This document shows, piece after piece, positions 33,915-44,049 of a stretch of DNA of 44,049 bases. The notes under the pieces are model-generated. The model had not been told where the DNA came from, did no database searches, and worked only from the letters and a program-made list of their open reading frames with translations. Source of the DNA: Octopus bimaculoides (taxonomy: Eukaryota); contig NC_068999.1 in assembly GCF_001194135.2 (NCBI RefSeq), forward strand, positions 28,194,029 through 28,238,077, read 5' to 3'. Positions within the stretch are counted from its first letter, which is position 1, and every line of letters starts with the position of its first letter. The position numbers were made by a program, and so were the translations under genes.

Positions 33915-34893
33915 NNNNNNNNNNNNNNNNNNNNNNNNNNNNNNNNNNNNNNNNNNNNNNNNNNNNNNNNNNNNNNNNNNNNNNNNNNNNNNNNNNNNNN
34001 NNNNNNNNNNNNNNNNNNNNNNNNNNNNNNNNNNNNNNNNNNNNNNNNNNNNNNNNNNNNNNNNNNNNNNNNNNNNNNNNNNNNNNNNNNNNNNNNNNNN
34101 NNNNNNNNNNNNNNNNNNNNNNNNNNNNNNNNNNNNNNNNNNNNNNNNNNNNNNNNNNNNNNNNNNNNNNNNNNNNNNNNNNNNNNNNNNNNNNNNNNNN
34201 NNNNNNNNNNNNNNNNNNNNNNNNNNNNNNNNNNNNNNNNNNNNNNNNNNNNNNNNNNNNNNNNNNNNNNNNNNNNNNNNNNNNNNNNNNNNNNNNNNNN
34301 NNNNNNNNNNNNNNNNNNNNNNNNNNNNNNNNNNNNNNNNNNNNNNNNNNNNNNNNNNNNNNNNNNNNNNNNNNNNNNNNNNNNNNNNNNNNNNNNNNNN
34401 NNNNNNNNNNNNNNNNNNNNNNNNNNNNNNNNNNNNNNNNNNNNNNNNNNNNNNNNNNNNNNNNNNNNNNNNNNNNNNNNNNNNNNNNNNNNNNNNNNNN
34501 NNNNNNNNNNNNNNNNNNNNNNNNNNNNNNNNNNNNNNNNNNNNNNNNNNNNNNNNNNNNNNNNNNNNNNNNNNNNNNNNNNNNNNNNNNNNNNNNNNNN
34601 NNNNNNNNNNNNNNNNNNNNNNNNNNNNNNNNNNNNNNNNNNNNNNNNNNNNNNNNNNNNNNNNNNNNNNNNNNNNNNNNNNNNNNNNNNNNNNNNNNNN
34701 NNNNNNNNNNNNNNNNNNNNNNNNNNATATATATATTTATATGTATATATGTATGTATATATATATGTGTGTATGTATATGTATATGTGTATATATATAT
34801 GTGTATATATGTGTGTGTATATATATGTATGTAGATATATGTGTATATGTTTATATATATCTATGTATATATGTATGTGTGTATATATATATG
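33866..34893. repeat. (TA)n/(TATG)n microsatellites flanking an assembly gap
   Basis: Direct reading; N-run from about 33915 to 34726. Confidence 0.85.
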
Positions 34894-35220
34894 TGAGTAA
34901 AAATAAATACAAAAAAGGGGTTTTGTATGATCATGTAGAGAGGAATATATTATTTTATTTAAAAGAGTTCCAACTCTGTCTGTTTTTTATGTTTTATTTA
35001 TATTCTTGTAAAATTAATGTGGGATATGGAATATATAATATATAATATAAAAATGGATGGTACAATGAAATGAAGTATTGAATGTCTTATTGAATATATG
35101 GAATATGTCTTATTGAATATATGAAATATTGAGTGTTCAATATAAAGGATTAAATATATAAAGGCGAATACATATTTTCACTACATTTTGGTATTTCATC
35201 ATGGCCAGTATCTGACAGAC

Positions 35221-35730
35221 TGCCAGTGGAGCGCTAACAACACCATCCAAGCGGGATCACTGCCAGAGCAGCGATCTCGCTTCCGTGCCGGTGGCATGTA
35301 AAAAGCACCATTTGAGCATGATCGTTTCCTTCTTCACCTTACCGGCAATCATGCCGGTGGAATGTGAACAAAACATCGGACTGACTCCTGTGCAGGTGGC
35401 ACGTAAAAAAACGTCATTTGAGTGTGGCTGTTGCCAGTACCGCCAGACTGGCTCCCGTAGGATTTTCGAGTGAGATCCTGTGCAGGTGGCACGTAAAATA
35501 CACCATTTCGAGCATGGCCGTTGCCAGTACGCTCTGACTGGTCTTCGTGCCAGTGGCACGTAAAAAGCTCCCACTACACTCTCGGAGTGGTTGGCGTTAG
35601 GAAGGGCATCCAGCTCTAGAAACTCTACCAGATCAGATTGGAGTCTGGTGTAGCCATCTGGTTCGCCAGTCCCCAGGCAAATTGTCCAACCCATGCTAGC
35701 ATGGAAAGCTGACGTTATATGATGATGATG
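35221..35730 (+). mobile_element. RTE-clade LINE 3' UTR fragment with (GAT)n tail
   Basis: Reverse complement of the 29827 and 37215 ends; carries GTGGCACGTAAAA-anchored repeat units. Confidence 0.85.
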
Positions 35731-36124
35731 GTATGTATGTATGTATATATATATGGATATATATGTGTNNNNNNNNNNNNNNNNNNNNNNNNNNNNNNNN
35801 NNNNNNNNNNNNNNNNNNNNNNNNNNNNNNNNNNNNNNNNNNNNNNNNNNNNNNNNNNNNNNNNNNNNNNNNNNNNNNNNNNNNNNNNNNNNNNNNNNNN
35901 NNNNNNNNNNNNNNNNNNNNNNNNNNNNNNNNNNNNNNNNNNNNNNNNNNNNNNNNNNNNNNNNNNNNNNNNNNNNNNNNNNNNNNNNNNNNNNNNNNNN
36001 NNNNNNNNNNNNNNNNNNNNNNNNNNNNNNNNNNNNNNNNNNNNNNNNNNNNNNNNNNNNNNNNNNNNNNNNNNNNNNNNNNNNNNNNNNNNNNNNNNNN
36101 NNNNNNNNNNNNNNNNNNNNNNTA

Positions 36125-37165
36125 TATATATTAGAAAAAATAATAAGGTACTCAGATATCTGGATGGTTGTACATTTACAGATTTTTATTAATATGTCAT
36201 GTTTTTATAAATATTAGCGCTTGCATCTATTCTTGTAGATTCTTCAGATATGATTTTACTTCAGAGGATTTGTCTCTTTTTATTGTATTATTGAATGTGT
36301 AGGGGTGGAGAGAAATATATAGGATAGTGAAAGAGGGTGAGGAATGGGGGAAAAATGTGAGAGTGTGTGTGTGTTTTGGGTTTGTGTGTGTGTGCCTGTG
36401 TATCTGAAAGGAGTGTCAATGAGAAAGAGATGGAAAGGTGAAAGAAGAAGGAAGAAAATTGTGTTTACAGCTGGACAGTTCTTTCAATGACAAGTTTATT
36501 CTTGGCCTTTAAAAATGGCAAAACCAGGTGGCTATTTAAGGTGGGCCATTGTTTGGAAGAAAGTTGTTTTTCAAAGAGTTGCCTTCATTGTCCAGTGAGA
36601 GAGAGTATCAGTGTGTTTTTTTTTTGTGTGTGTGTGTGTGTGTGTATACGAGTGTGTGCGTACGTGTGTGTGCGTGCGTGCGTACTTGTGTGTATGTGCA
36701 GGTGCTTGTGTGTATGTGCAGGTGCCTGTGTGTAGGCCTTTGTATCTGAAAGGAGTGTCAATGGAAAAGAGAAGGAAAGAAGGAATTGTGTTTACATCTA
36801 TACAGCTGGTTAGTTCAAAAAAGGAAGGAGACAAATATGAAAACCAAGTTAACCAGGTTCATTTCTAGTTGGCACAAAAATGACCCACTATCTGGGTTTC
36901 CTGTCGTTTTTAGGCCCTCTTGTTCCAAAGTTTCACTATTCTATATATCTCTCTCTATCACTATCCTATATATCTCTCTCCACCCCTACACATTCAATAA
37001 AACTATAAAAAGAGATAAATCCTCTGAAGTAAAATCATATCTGGAGATTCTACAAGAATAGAAGCAAGCGCTAATATTTATAAAAACATGTGACATATTA
37101 ATAAAAATCTGTAAATATACAACCATTCAGATATCTGAGTACCTTATTATTTTTTCTAATATATA
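36125..37165. mobile_element. About 1040-bp fold-back element with about 207-bp inverted arms (PLE-terminus-like)
   Basis: 36125-36331 is the reverse complement of 36958-37165 at about 95% identity; both ends lie in TA runs; each arm carries a hammerhead-like motif. Confidence 0.8.
37036..37077 (+). ncRNA. Variant hammerhead-like motif (GCAA core); mirror copy at 36211-36252 on minus
   Basis: CATAT-CTG(A/G)AGA-(A/T)TCTA-CAAGAA-TAGA(T/A)-GCAA-GCGC-TA-ATAT: stems I and II and a palindromic stem III (AGCGCT); GAAA replaced by GCAA. Confidence 0.45.
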
Positions 37166-37214
37166 ATTCCTGTACATCACCTCCAAACCTTCCAATATGT
37201 GTGTGTGTGTGTGT

Positions 37215-38898
37215 CATCATCATCATTGTTTAATGTCCGCTTTCCATGCTAGCATGGGTTGGACGATTTGACTGAGGACTGGTGAACCAGATGGCTACAC
37301 CAGGCTCCAATCTGATTTGGCAGAGTTTCTACAGCTGGATGCCTTTCCTAACGCCAACCACTCCGAGAGTGTAGTGGGTGCTTTTACGTGCCACCGGCAC
37401 GAAGGCCAGTCAGGCGGTACTGGCAATGGCCACGCTCAAAATGGTGTATTTTACGTTCCACCTGCACAGGAGCCAGTCTGGCGGCACTGGCAACAATCTC
37501 GCTCGAATGTCTTTACACGTGCTACCAGCACAAGTGCCAGGGAGTCAACGCTGGGCACAGGTGCCAGAACGATTTCACTTTCGCTTGCCCCAACAGGTCT
37601 TCAGAAGCAAAGTTTCATGTCCAATGAAGGAGACGATGTTGGTATGGGTGCCAGTCGTCGAATTTAGTTCGATTTCGATTTAGTGTCCAATGAAGGAAGG
37701 TACGCATAAGTGGGCTGGATACACCCCTGGCAAAGGCTTTGGATTTAGGTCTCACTTGGCTTTCCGGGTCTTCTCATGCACAGCATATTTCCAAAAGTCT
37801 CAGTCAGAAGTCATCGCCTCGGTGAGGACCAATGTTCAAATGTCGTGCCTCACCACCTCATCCCAGGTCTGCCTGGGCTTACCTCTTCCACAGGTTCCCT
37901 CAACTGCTAGAGTGTGGCACTTTTTCACGCAGCTATCCTCATCCATTCTCGCCACAGACCATACCAGCGCAATCGTCTCTCTTGCACACCACAACTGATG
38001 CTTCTTAGGTCCAACTTTTCTCTCAAGGTACTTACACTCTGTCGAGTATGCACACTGATGTTACACATCCATCGGAGCATACTGGCTTCGTTTCTTGCGA
38101 GCTTACACATATCCTCAGCAATCACGGCCCATGTTTCACTGCCATGTAGCATGGCTGTTCGTATGCATGCGTCATACAGTTTGCCTCTTACTCTGAGCAA
38201 GAGGCCCCTTGTCGCCAGCAGAGGTAAGAGCTCTCTAAAGTTTGCTCAGACTATTCTTATTCTAGCAGCTACACTTTCAGCGCACCCTCCCTCGCTACTA
38301 ACTTGGTCACCTAGATAACGGAAGCTATCAACTACTTCTAGTTTTTCTTCCTGGAATGTAGAAGTTGTTTTCTGCACATTTTCAGTGTGTATTGTTCCTG
38401 AACATCTGCCACATACAAAAACTATCTTGCTAGTTAATCTTCCTTTGATATTGCTGCACCTCTTATGTGTCCATAGCTTACACTGGACACATCTTATAGA
38501 GTTTCTACCTACGCCTTTTCTACACATCAAGCAGGGCCATCTACCTGAAGGGGTTTGTGTTTTGTCTACCTTCCTACTTATTAGGTCTTTGGTTTTAGCT
38601 AGGTTGACTCGAAGGCCCTTCGATTCTAGTCCTTGCTTCCACACCTGAAACTTCTCCTCTAGTTCTGATAGTGACTCAGCAATTAGGGTAAGGACATTAG
38701 CATAGAGGAACCTCCAGGGGCATCCTGTCTTGAATTCCTGTGTTATTGCCTGGAGGACTATGATAAACAGGAGGGGGATGAGGACTGAACCTTGGTGGAC
38801 CCCTACCTCTACCCAGAATTCTTCACTGTACTCATTGCCAACCCTCACCTTACTGACAGCATCCTTGTACATGGCTTGCACAGCTCTCACTAACCATG
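37215..38898 (-). mobile_element. RTE-clade LINE, 5'-truncated (RT, C-terminus, 3' UTR)
   Basis: VGVHQGSVLIPLLFIIVL, LYANVL (YADD decayed), GLRVNLAKTK, FRYLGD, RLRWYG; (GAT)n tail. Confidence 0.9.
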
Positions 38899-38928
38899 TA
38901 CATATGTATATGTATGTATATATGTGTG

Positions 38929-38972
<44 letters not shown>

Positions 38973-38985
38973 TGTACATATATAC
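38899..38985. repeat. (TA)n/(TATG)n microsatellite
   Basis: Direct reading. Confidence 0.85.
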
Positions 38986-38989
38986 TTAG

Positions 38990-40400
38990 ATATGATCTAA
39001 CTGCTCAACAATGGATATGATCTTCTCCGTTCGTCAACTACAAGAAAAATGCTGGGAGCAGCAATTACCACTATATATAGCATTTGTCAATCTGACAGAG
39101 TCATTTGATACAATCAGCAGATCAGGACTGTACATGGTGCTTGGAAAATGTAGCTGTCCCCCAATACTACTGCAGCTCATTGTTTTGTTTCATGATCACA
39201 TGAAGGCCACCATTCAGTTTGACAGTTTAATATCAGATAGCTTCAACATCAACAACGGAGTAAAACAAGGTTGTCTTAGCACCAATCCTTTTCAACATTT
39301 ACTTTGCTGTATTGCTGCAGTATGTATTTCAAGAGTTGCCGAGAGATGTCTACCTTTGTTGGAGAACTGATGGGTCGCTCTTTGATCTTTCTAGACTTCA
39401 GGCCAAGACTAAGATCAATAGAGCAACAATAAGAGATTTCCTCTTCGCCAACGATGCAGCACTTGTTGCTCACAGTGAATTAACTCTACAAATAATGATG
39501 GACCACCTATCATCAGCATGCAAGGCCTTCGATTTGGTCATCAGTGTAAAGGAGACAGTCATCCTCACTCAGAAGGGCGCAGTGAAAGGCTATATCAAGC
39601 TTGATGACAAAGTGCTTGAGACAGTGGACAGGTTCTGCTATCTAGGGTCTACCATTTCCTCTTCTACTTCACTTGATGATGAGATTAATGTCAAGATAGG
39701 GAAGGCAGCAACAACTTTTGGAAGGCTGACAAAACGAGTATGGAAGAACAAGAGATTAGACATCAAGACAAAGATCAGGATTTATGAAGCATTTGTTCTC
39801 AGCACACTCCTCTAAGGATTTGAAACATGGACCTTGTACAGCAGACAGGAAACGTGCTTTGACTTTTTCCATCTCAGATGCCTTTGTAAGATCTTTGTAA
39901 GGCCTAACAAGTTCTTAGGTCAGATCTTAGGTACGATCTTAGGTGCTACAAGGTCAGTAATGTTGAAGTGCTGGCACAAGCGAATCTTCAAACCATGACA
40001 GCTATCTTGTGTATGAAAAGACTGAGGTGGCTGGGACATGTCAGGAGAATGGATGATCATCGAATACCGAAGCAACTGCTCTATCAAGAACTGGCTCAGG
40101 GCAAGAGACCAAGAAGAAGACCAAAACCAAGGTATAAGGACCCTTGCAAAACTAGTTTGTCCAAGTGTGAGATGGATGTCAGCACCTGGGAGGAGAGTAC
40201 TGAGGACAGAACAACATGGAGCACTGTGGTGAAGGAAGGAACTGCTTCGCTAGAGAGCAGCTACAGAAACAAACAAGTTGAGAAGTGTCAGCGGCGAAAG
40301 AGAAACAACAGAAATGCAGAGCGCTGAGCCACCCTCTTTGTATGCAAGTACTGTGACAGAAGCTGTGCTTCAATAATAGGAAGAAGCTGCAAGAAAAGGA
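38990..40400 (+). mobile_element. 5'-truncated RTE-BovB-like LINE (RT and C-terminus, decayed)
   Basis: DMIFSVRQLQEKC, GVKQGC, DFLFANDAAL, FCYLGS, RLRWLGHVRRMDDHRIPKQLLY, CKYCDR. Confidence 0.9.
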
Positions 40401-40475
40401 ACCCCTGATATGTTCGATTACGTGACCTCTAAGCTAAATTGACTGTCTGCATAGACAAAAAAGGCCAATTATGTG

Positions 40476-40540
<65 letters not shown>

Positions 40541-40542
<2 letters not shown>

Positions 40543-40572
40543 TAGCAGAGATACCCGGCCTTGCTCGGGATT
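40541..40572 (-). mobile_element. Orphan Helitron 3' terminus
   Basis: Minus strand ATCCCGAGCAAGGCCGGGTATCTCTGCTAG|T: CCCG/CGGG hairpin about 10 nt upstream of CTAG, inserted before T. Confidence 0.6.
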
Positions 40573-40582
40573 AAAATGGCAT

Positions 40583-40790
40583 AGATTTTATTGCTTTACT
40601 TGTTTCAGTCATGTGACAGGAGCCATGGTGGAGCACCACCGTTGGTCGAAGAAATCAACCACAGGATTTATTCTTTATAAGCCTAGTACTCATTCTGTCA
40701 GTGTCTTTTACCAAACCGCTAGGTTACAGGAATGCAAACACAGCAACATCAGTTGTCAAGTAATAGTGGGGGTACAAACGCAAGACACAG
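40583..40790 (-). mobile_element. tRNA-derived SINE 3' part
   Basis: Same family as 15693 and 20613. Confidence 0.8.
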
Positions 40791-41159
40791 GCACACCTCG
40801 TCGACGAGTGACAGGGACCTTCTCTTTGTGGCTGGAGGCTTCCATGGCATACATGGAGGCTATGGCTTCGGTTCCCGCAATGAGGAGGGAACCAGATTGC
40901 TGGAGTTCTGTGATGCAACCGATCGTATGGTCTGCAATACCAACTTCAGGAAACCTGCCAGTCACCTAGTCACCTACCGCTCCAGCAGACACTCTAGCCA
41001 AATCGACTACATCCTCGCCAGAAATAGGGAAAGAGGGCGGCTTATAAATGCCAAAACCTACTCTGGCGAAGAATGTACCCCACAACATAGATTAGTAGTT
41101 AGCAACTTCGAGATCAAGGCAAAATGGGTGCCCAGAATTAGACCGGCTTGGAGGAGAAG
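40791..41159 (+). mobile_element. RTE LINE apurinic-type endonuclease fragment
   Basis: DLLFVAG-GFHGIHGGYGFGSRNEEG..LEFC..NTNF..TYRS..SQIDYIL..QHRLVV. The usual GDFN motif appears deleted. Runs into a gap. Confidence 0.85.
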
Positions 41160-41547
41160 NNNNNNNNNNNNNNNNNNNNNNNNNNNNNNNNNNNNNNNNN
41201 NNNNNNNNNNNNNNNNNNNNNNNNNNNNNNNNNNNNNNNNNNNNNNNNNNNNNNNNNNNGATGTTTGTAGATACTGCATAGTTGTAAGGGATGTTAAGCC
41301 ATATAGAATGTTTTCTTCTAAATTTGTAATATGAAGGGGGTTTGTGGTTAACATAAGTATTTGGGGTTATATTATTGCTTCTACTGTCATTTGTAGTTTT
41401 CTTATTGGGATCTATTTTGTTATGTAAAGTAATTTTCCTACTCTTATGGCCATTATTATAATTTCTTAACCTAGGTATTTTATTAGTGTTAATATGATTA
41501 TGTAGACATTTATCAGGTTGTATTCCATTTTTATTCTTATTGCTTAA

Positions 41548-42630
41548 TCAGGATAGACTATTATTAGTAGGTCTTTTCTTACCATTATTTAAGAAAATTA
41601 AATTATTATTATTGGTATCATTATTTAAGATAATTAGATTATTATTATTGGTATCATTTTCATTATTGCTACTATCACATTTGATAGATTTACTAGGATT
41701 AAGGAAAGGGATTTCTTGGTCATAGCCTGCTCTAGATAAAGTTTCATTGTAGTAATGAGAATTGGAGTCATAGTTTGAGAACAGTTTAGTTATTCTTTCG
41801 GAAATGTTTTTTACAATAGATTTTAAAATATTTGGTGAGTGATTAGATGATCTACTAACATACTTAGTGACTTCATTTTCCTTTCTATAGGGATAGTGCA
41901 ATTTAGAGCTAATATTAAGAGTGGTATCAAGAAAGTTAACGATCTTAGTACCATATTCGAAAGTAATGCTAAGGTTAAAGCTTTTAAAGAATTTTCTAAT
42001 ATTCTTTCTCATTCTCTCTATGGTTGACTTATTGTTGGTGGGAATGATAAATAACGCATCATCCCTATAAATACCCCCTTGAAGTTCAGGAATTTCCCTA
42101 TTTAGGCAGTGTAAAAGATATGCCCCAACCAGATTTGTGATTTCAGCCGAATCACTCGATCCCATTGGGATATCAAAGTTATCAGGGGTGTCTGATCTGG
42201 TCCAGAGTCTATCTTCGAATTCGATGATGGTTCTTCTAGCTAAAAGAATTATATCAATTTTTTCTCTAGTAATTAGGGATCTATTTTTGGCAAAGAAGAG
42301 AGCTTTGTTAAGGAGTATAGGGGAAATGCTAGAATAGTAATTATTGATATCAAATTGGATGAAGGAAAAATTATTATTATTGTCAATAGACCTAAACCAA
42401 TTAAGTGCTTCATCCGTATTAATCCATAATTTTAGAGTAAGATTAGGAATAATAAAAGGTATAATGTTATCGAGAATAAGCTTACTTAGTCTTCCAATAT
42501 CAGATTTAGTTCGGCAAATGAGTCTAACAGTAGGGTTTTCCTGAAAGTTTTTCTTATGGTCCTTCAAATTAATTTTAGGTTCACAAGGTGTAAGTGGTTC
42601 AGTTCTATCAGTTAGATTATATTCTATCAT
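41548..42630 (-). CDS. Penelope-like reverse transcriptase, 5'-truncated open frame (360 aa)
   Basis: Uninterrupted ORF with FDINNYYSSI, FDIPMGSSDSAEI, GIYRDDAL, VNFLDTTL, PYRK, SNHSP and AGY, followed by an Asn-rich tail. The start Met is probably internal. Confidence 0.8.
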   Translation of the reverse strand: MIEYNLTDRTEPLTPCEPKINLKDHKKNFQENPTVRLICRTKSDIGRLSKLILDNIIPFIIPNLTLKLWINTDEALNWFRSIDNNNNFSFIQFDINNYYSSISPILLNKALFFAKNRSLITREKIDIILLARRTIIEFEDRLWTRSDTPDNFDIPMGSSDSAEITNLVGAYLLHCLNREIPELQGGIYRDDALFIIPTNNKSTIERMRKNIRKFFKSFNLSITFEYGTKIVNFLDTTLNISSKLHYPYRKENEVTKYVSRSSNHSPNILKSIVKNISERITKLFSNYDSNSHYYNETLSRAGYDQEIPFLNPSKSIKCDSSNNENDTNNNNLIILNNDTNNNNLIFLNNGKKRPTNNSLS

Positions 42631-42733
42631 AATTTTTTTGATTTATCAGACATCAATTTGAAAATCAAAAAAATTATGATAGGATATAATCTAACTGATA
42701 GAACTGAACCACTTACACCTTGTGAACCTAAAA
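42573..42733. repeat. 72-bp-arm hairpin at the truncated 5' end of the PLE
   Basis: Arms 42573-42644 and 42662-42733 match 71/72; 17-nt loop. Confidence 0.9.
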
Positions 42734-43176
42734 GCAGTCCAGCTTCCTAGGGCTAAATAGCAGTAGTATATTCCCTTATTGGGACTGTCACGTTAAGTTG
42801 GCAGTATACAACTACTTTATCGCATCACTACTGCTTAAGTCTCTCTGAGAGATTTAGAAATGTATTATTTCTAATTTTTGTAATCAGTGAATGTGTTTCA
42901 CTGAAATAATATATGTTTGCGAGAGGTTGACAGACTTTTTCAGCCAGCTGGTCATGGATGTCTTTATTGTTGCTACCCTTTTTGATGTGAATTCGTTCTT
43001 TGGTTACTTATTTGTTAATATTTTTGTTGAACAATTTATTTTGGACTTTTTTTGGTGAACTGTTTTACAGTTATTTTCGCCCTATGGGGCAGAAAATTTT
43101 TGTTTTTTCTTGTCAACCTTTCTAAGTTATTTTGAAAATTATTTTTTGTCATTTGTGACAAGTTTGCACATTCATT

Positions 43177-44049
43177 ATGGAATTTGAATTATCTTCAAAG
43201 ACCGATTTTCCTGAGATGGGAGAAGGAAAAAATACTGTTACAACCAAGGACAACCAGGCAAAACAAAGTTTTTCTGACGCCGTAGGTGGCAACGTAATTG
43301 AACTGGAAGTAGCTATAGAGAAACTCTTCCAGTTCAGAAACTTAATAGAAAAAACAGGTGAAATGACAAAATTGGTACTGCCCCCTGAGACTATCGAAGC
43401 CATTAAAAAAAAAACCGTAGTCTACAAAGTTTACAACTTAGAAGAAAAGAAAATTATGGACGTAAAGAATGAAATTGTTGAACAGTGCTTGTCACCAATA
43501 TGGAAGAAGATTCGTTACGTTTGCCAAGGAGTGAGGAGCGCAACAATAGAAGCACACTTCGAGTCGGAAAATGTAGCGAAAGAGGTGTCAACCCAGACAC
43601 TAAAAACGAACAGATAATGCTGCTGCCTATGTACTTAGGCCGCAGAACGGCAAAAATTACTGTGGAAGAGATACCCGATGGTTATGACGTGATATGGGTA
43701 GCAACTGCTATAATCTACAATGTAGAAGGAAAGCTATCGATTCTAAGCATGAAAAAAAAAAGAGGCGACAAATTGGAAAGGTCAGAGCCTTGAAATGGTC
43801 ATTCAGGCCGACAATTCAATCCTCGAAAATTTACCAGATAGAGTCTTCGTAGGGGAGGGGCATACCATACGTGTATCGGTGGAGGGACGTAGGCCTAGAT
43901 GCCTTAAATGCGGGCAGAAGGGCCACGTTCGCTCCGTCTGCACAAAAAAAAAATGGCTGATGCCCCTCCCCAAAGCACTGTGATAAACACAGACAAAAGC
44001 GCTGTGATAAACACAGATAAACATAAACCCGACGCTGCAACAACCAAAG
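43177..44049 (+). mobile_element. L1/Tx1-like non-LTR retrotransposon ORF1 (gag-like, CCHC knuckle), frameshifted; runs off window
   Basis: ORFs 43177-43617, about 43607-43793 and 43795-43983 join through A-run indels; ends LPDRVFVGEGHTIRVSVEGRRPRCLKCGQKGHVRSVC (CX2CX4HX4C). The AT-rich 42740-43176 may be 5' UTR. Clade assignment tentative. Confidence 0.7.

Noticed and set aside
33668-36217. Long ORFs (342-414 aa and 133-158 aa) in the ORF track
   Set aside because: They are artefacts of N-runs and TA microsatellites lacking stop codons.

Overview
AT-rich, repeat-saturated animal genomic DNA from a gapped draft assembly with six N-runs. The SINE, (GAT)n-tailed RTE LINE and microsatellite content most resembles an octopus or other cephalopod genome (inference). 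No host gene is certain; there are only two low-confidence exon candidates. The window is a stack of mobile elements: a short Gypsy-type LTR element with a tRNA-Trp primer-binding site (PBS) and a nested insert, Helitron ends, at least five Penelope-like element (PLE) fragments (one with an intact 360-codon RT ORF), decayed hAT and Tigger transposases, RTE and RTE-BovB LINE pieces, tRNA-derived SINEs, a Merlin-like MITE with telomere-like repeats, and an L1/Tx1-like ORF1. Four signals stand out. (1) Fold-back elements at 8.6 kb and 36-37 kb carry outward-facing hammerhead-ribozyme-like motifs, one with a non-canonical GCAA core and a compensatory stem change. (2) A C4HC3 PHD-like finger sits inside an RTE reverse transcriptase. 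(3) A 759-bp GG-terminated element with an 8-bp target-site duplication (TSD) and head-to-head TTAGGG/CCCTAA arrays splits another hammerhead-like motif. (4) There is a 13-nt micro-exon candidate. All alignments and identities were judged by eye; no database searches were run.
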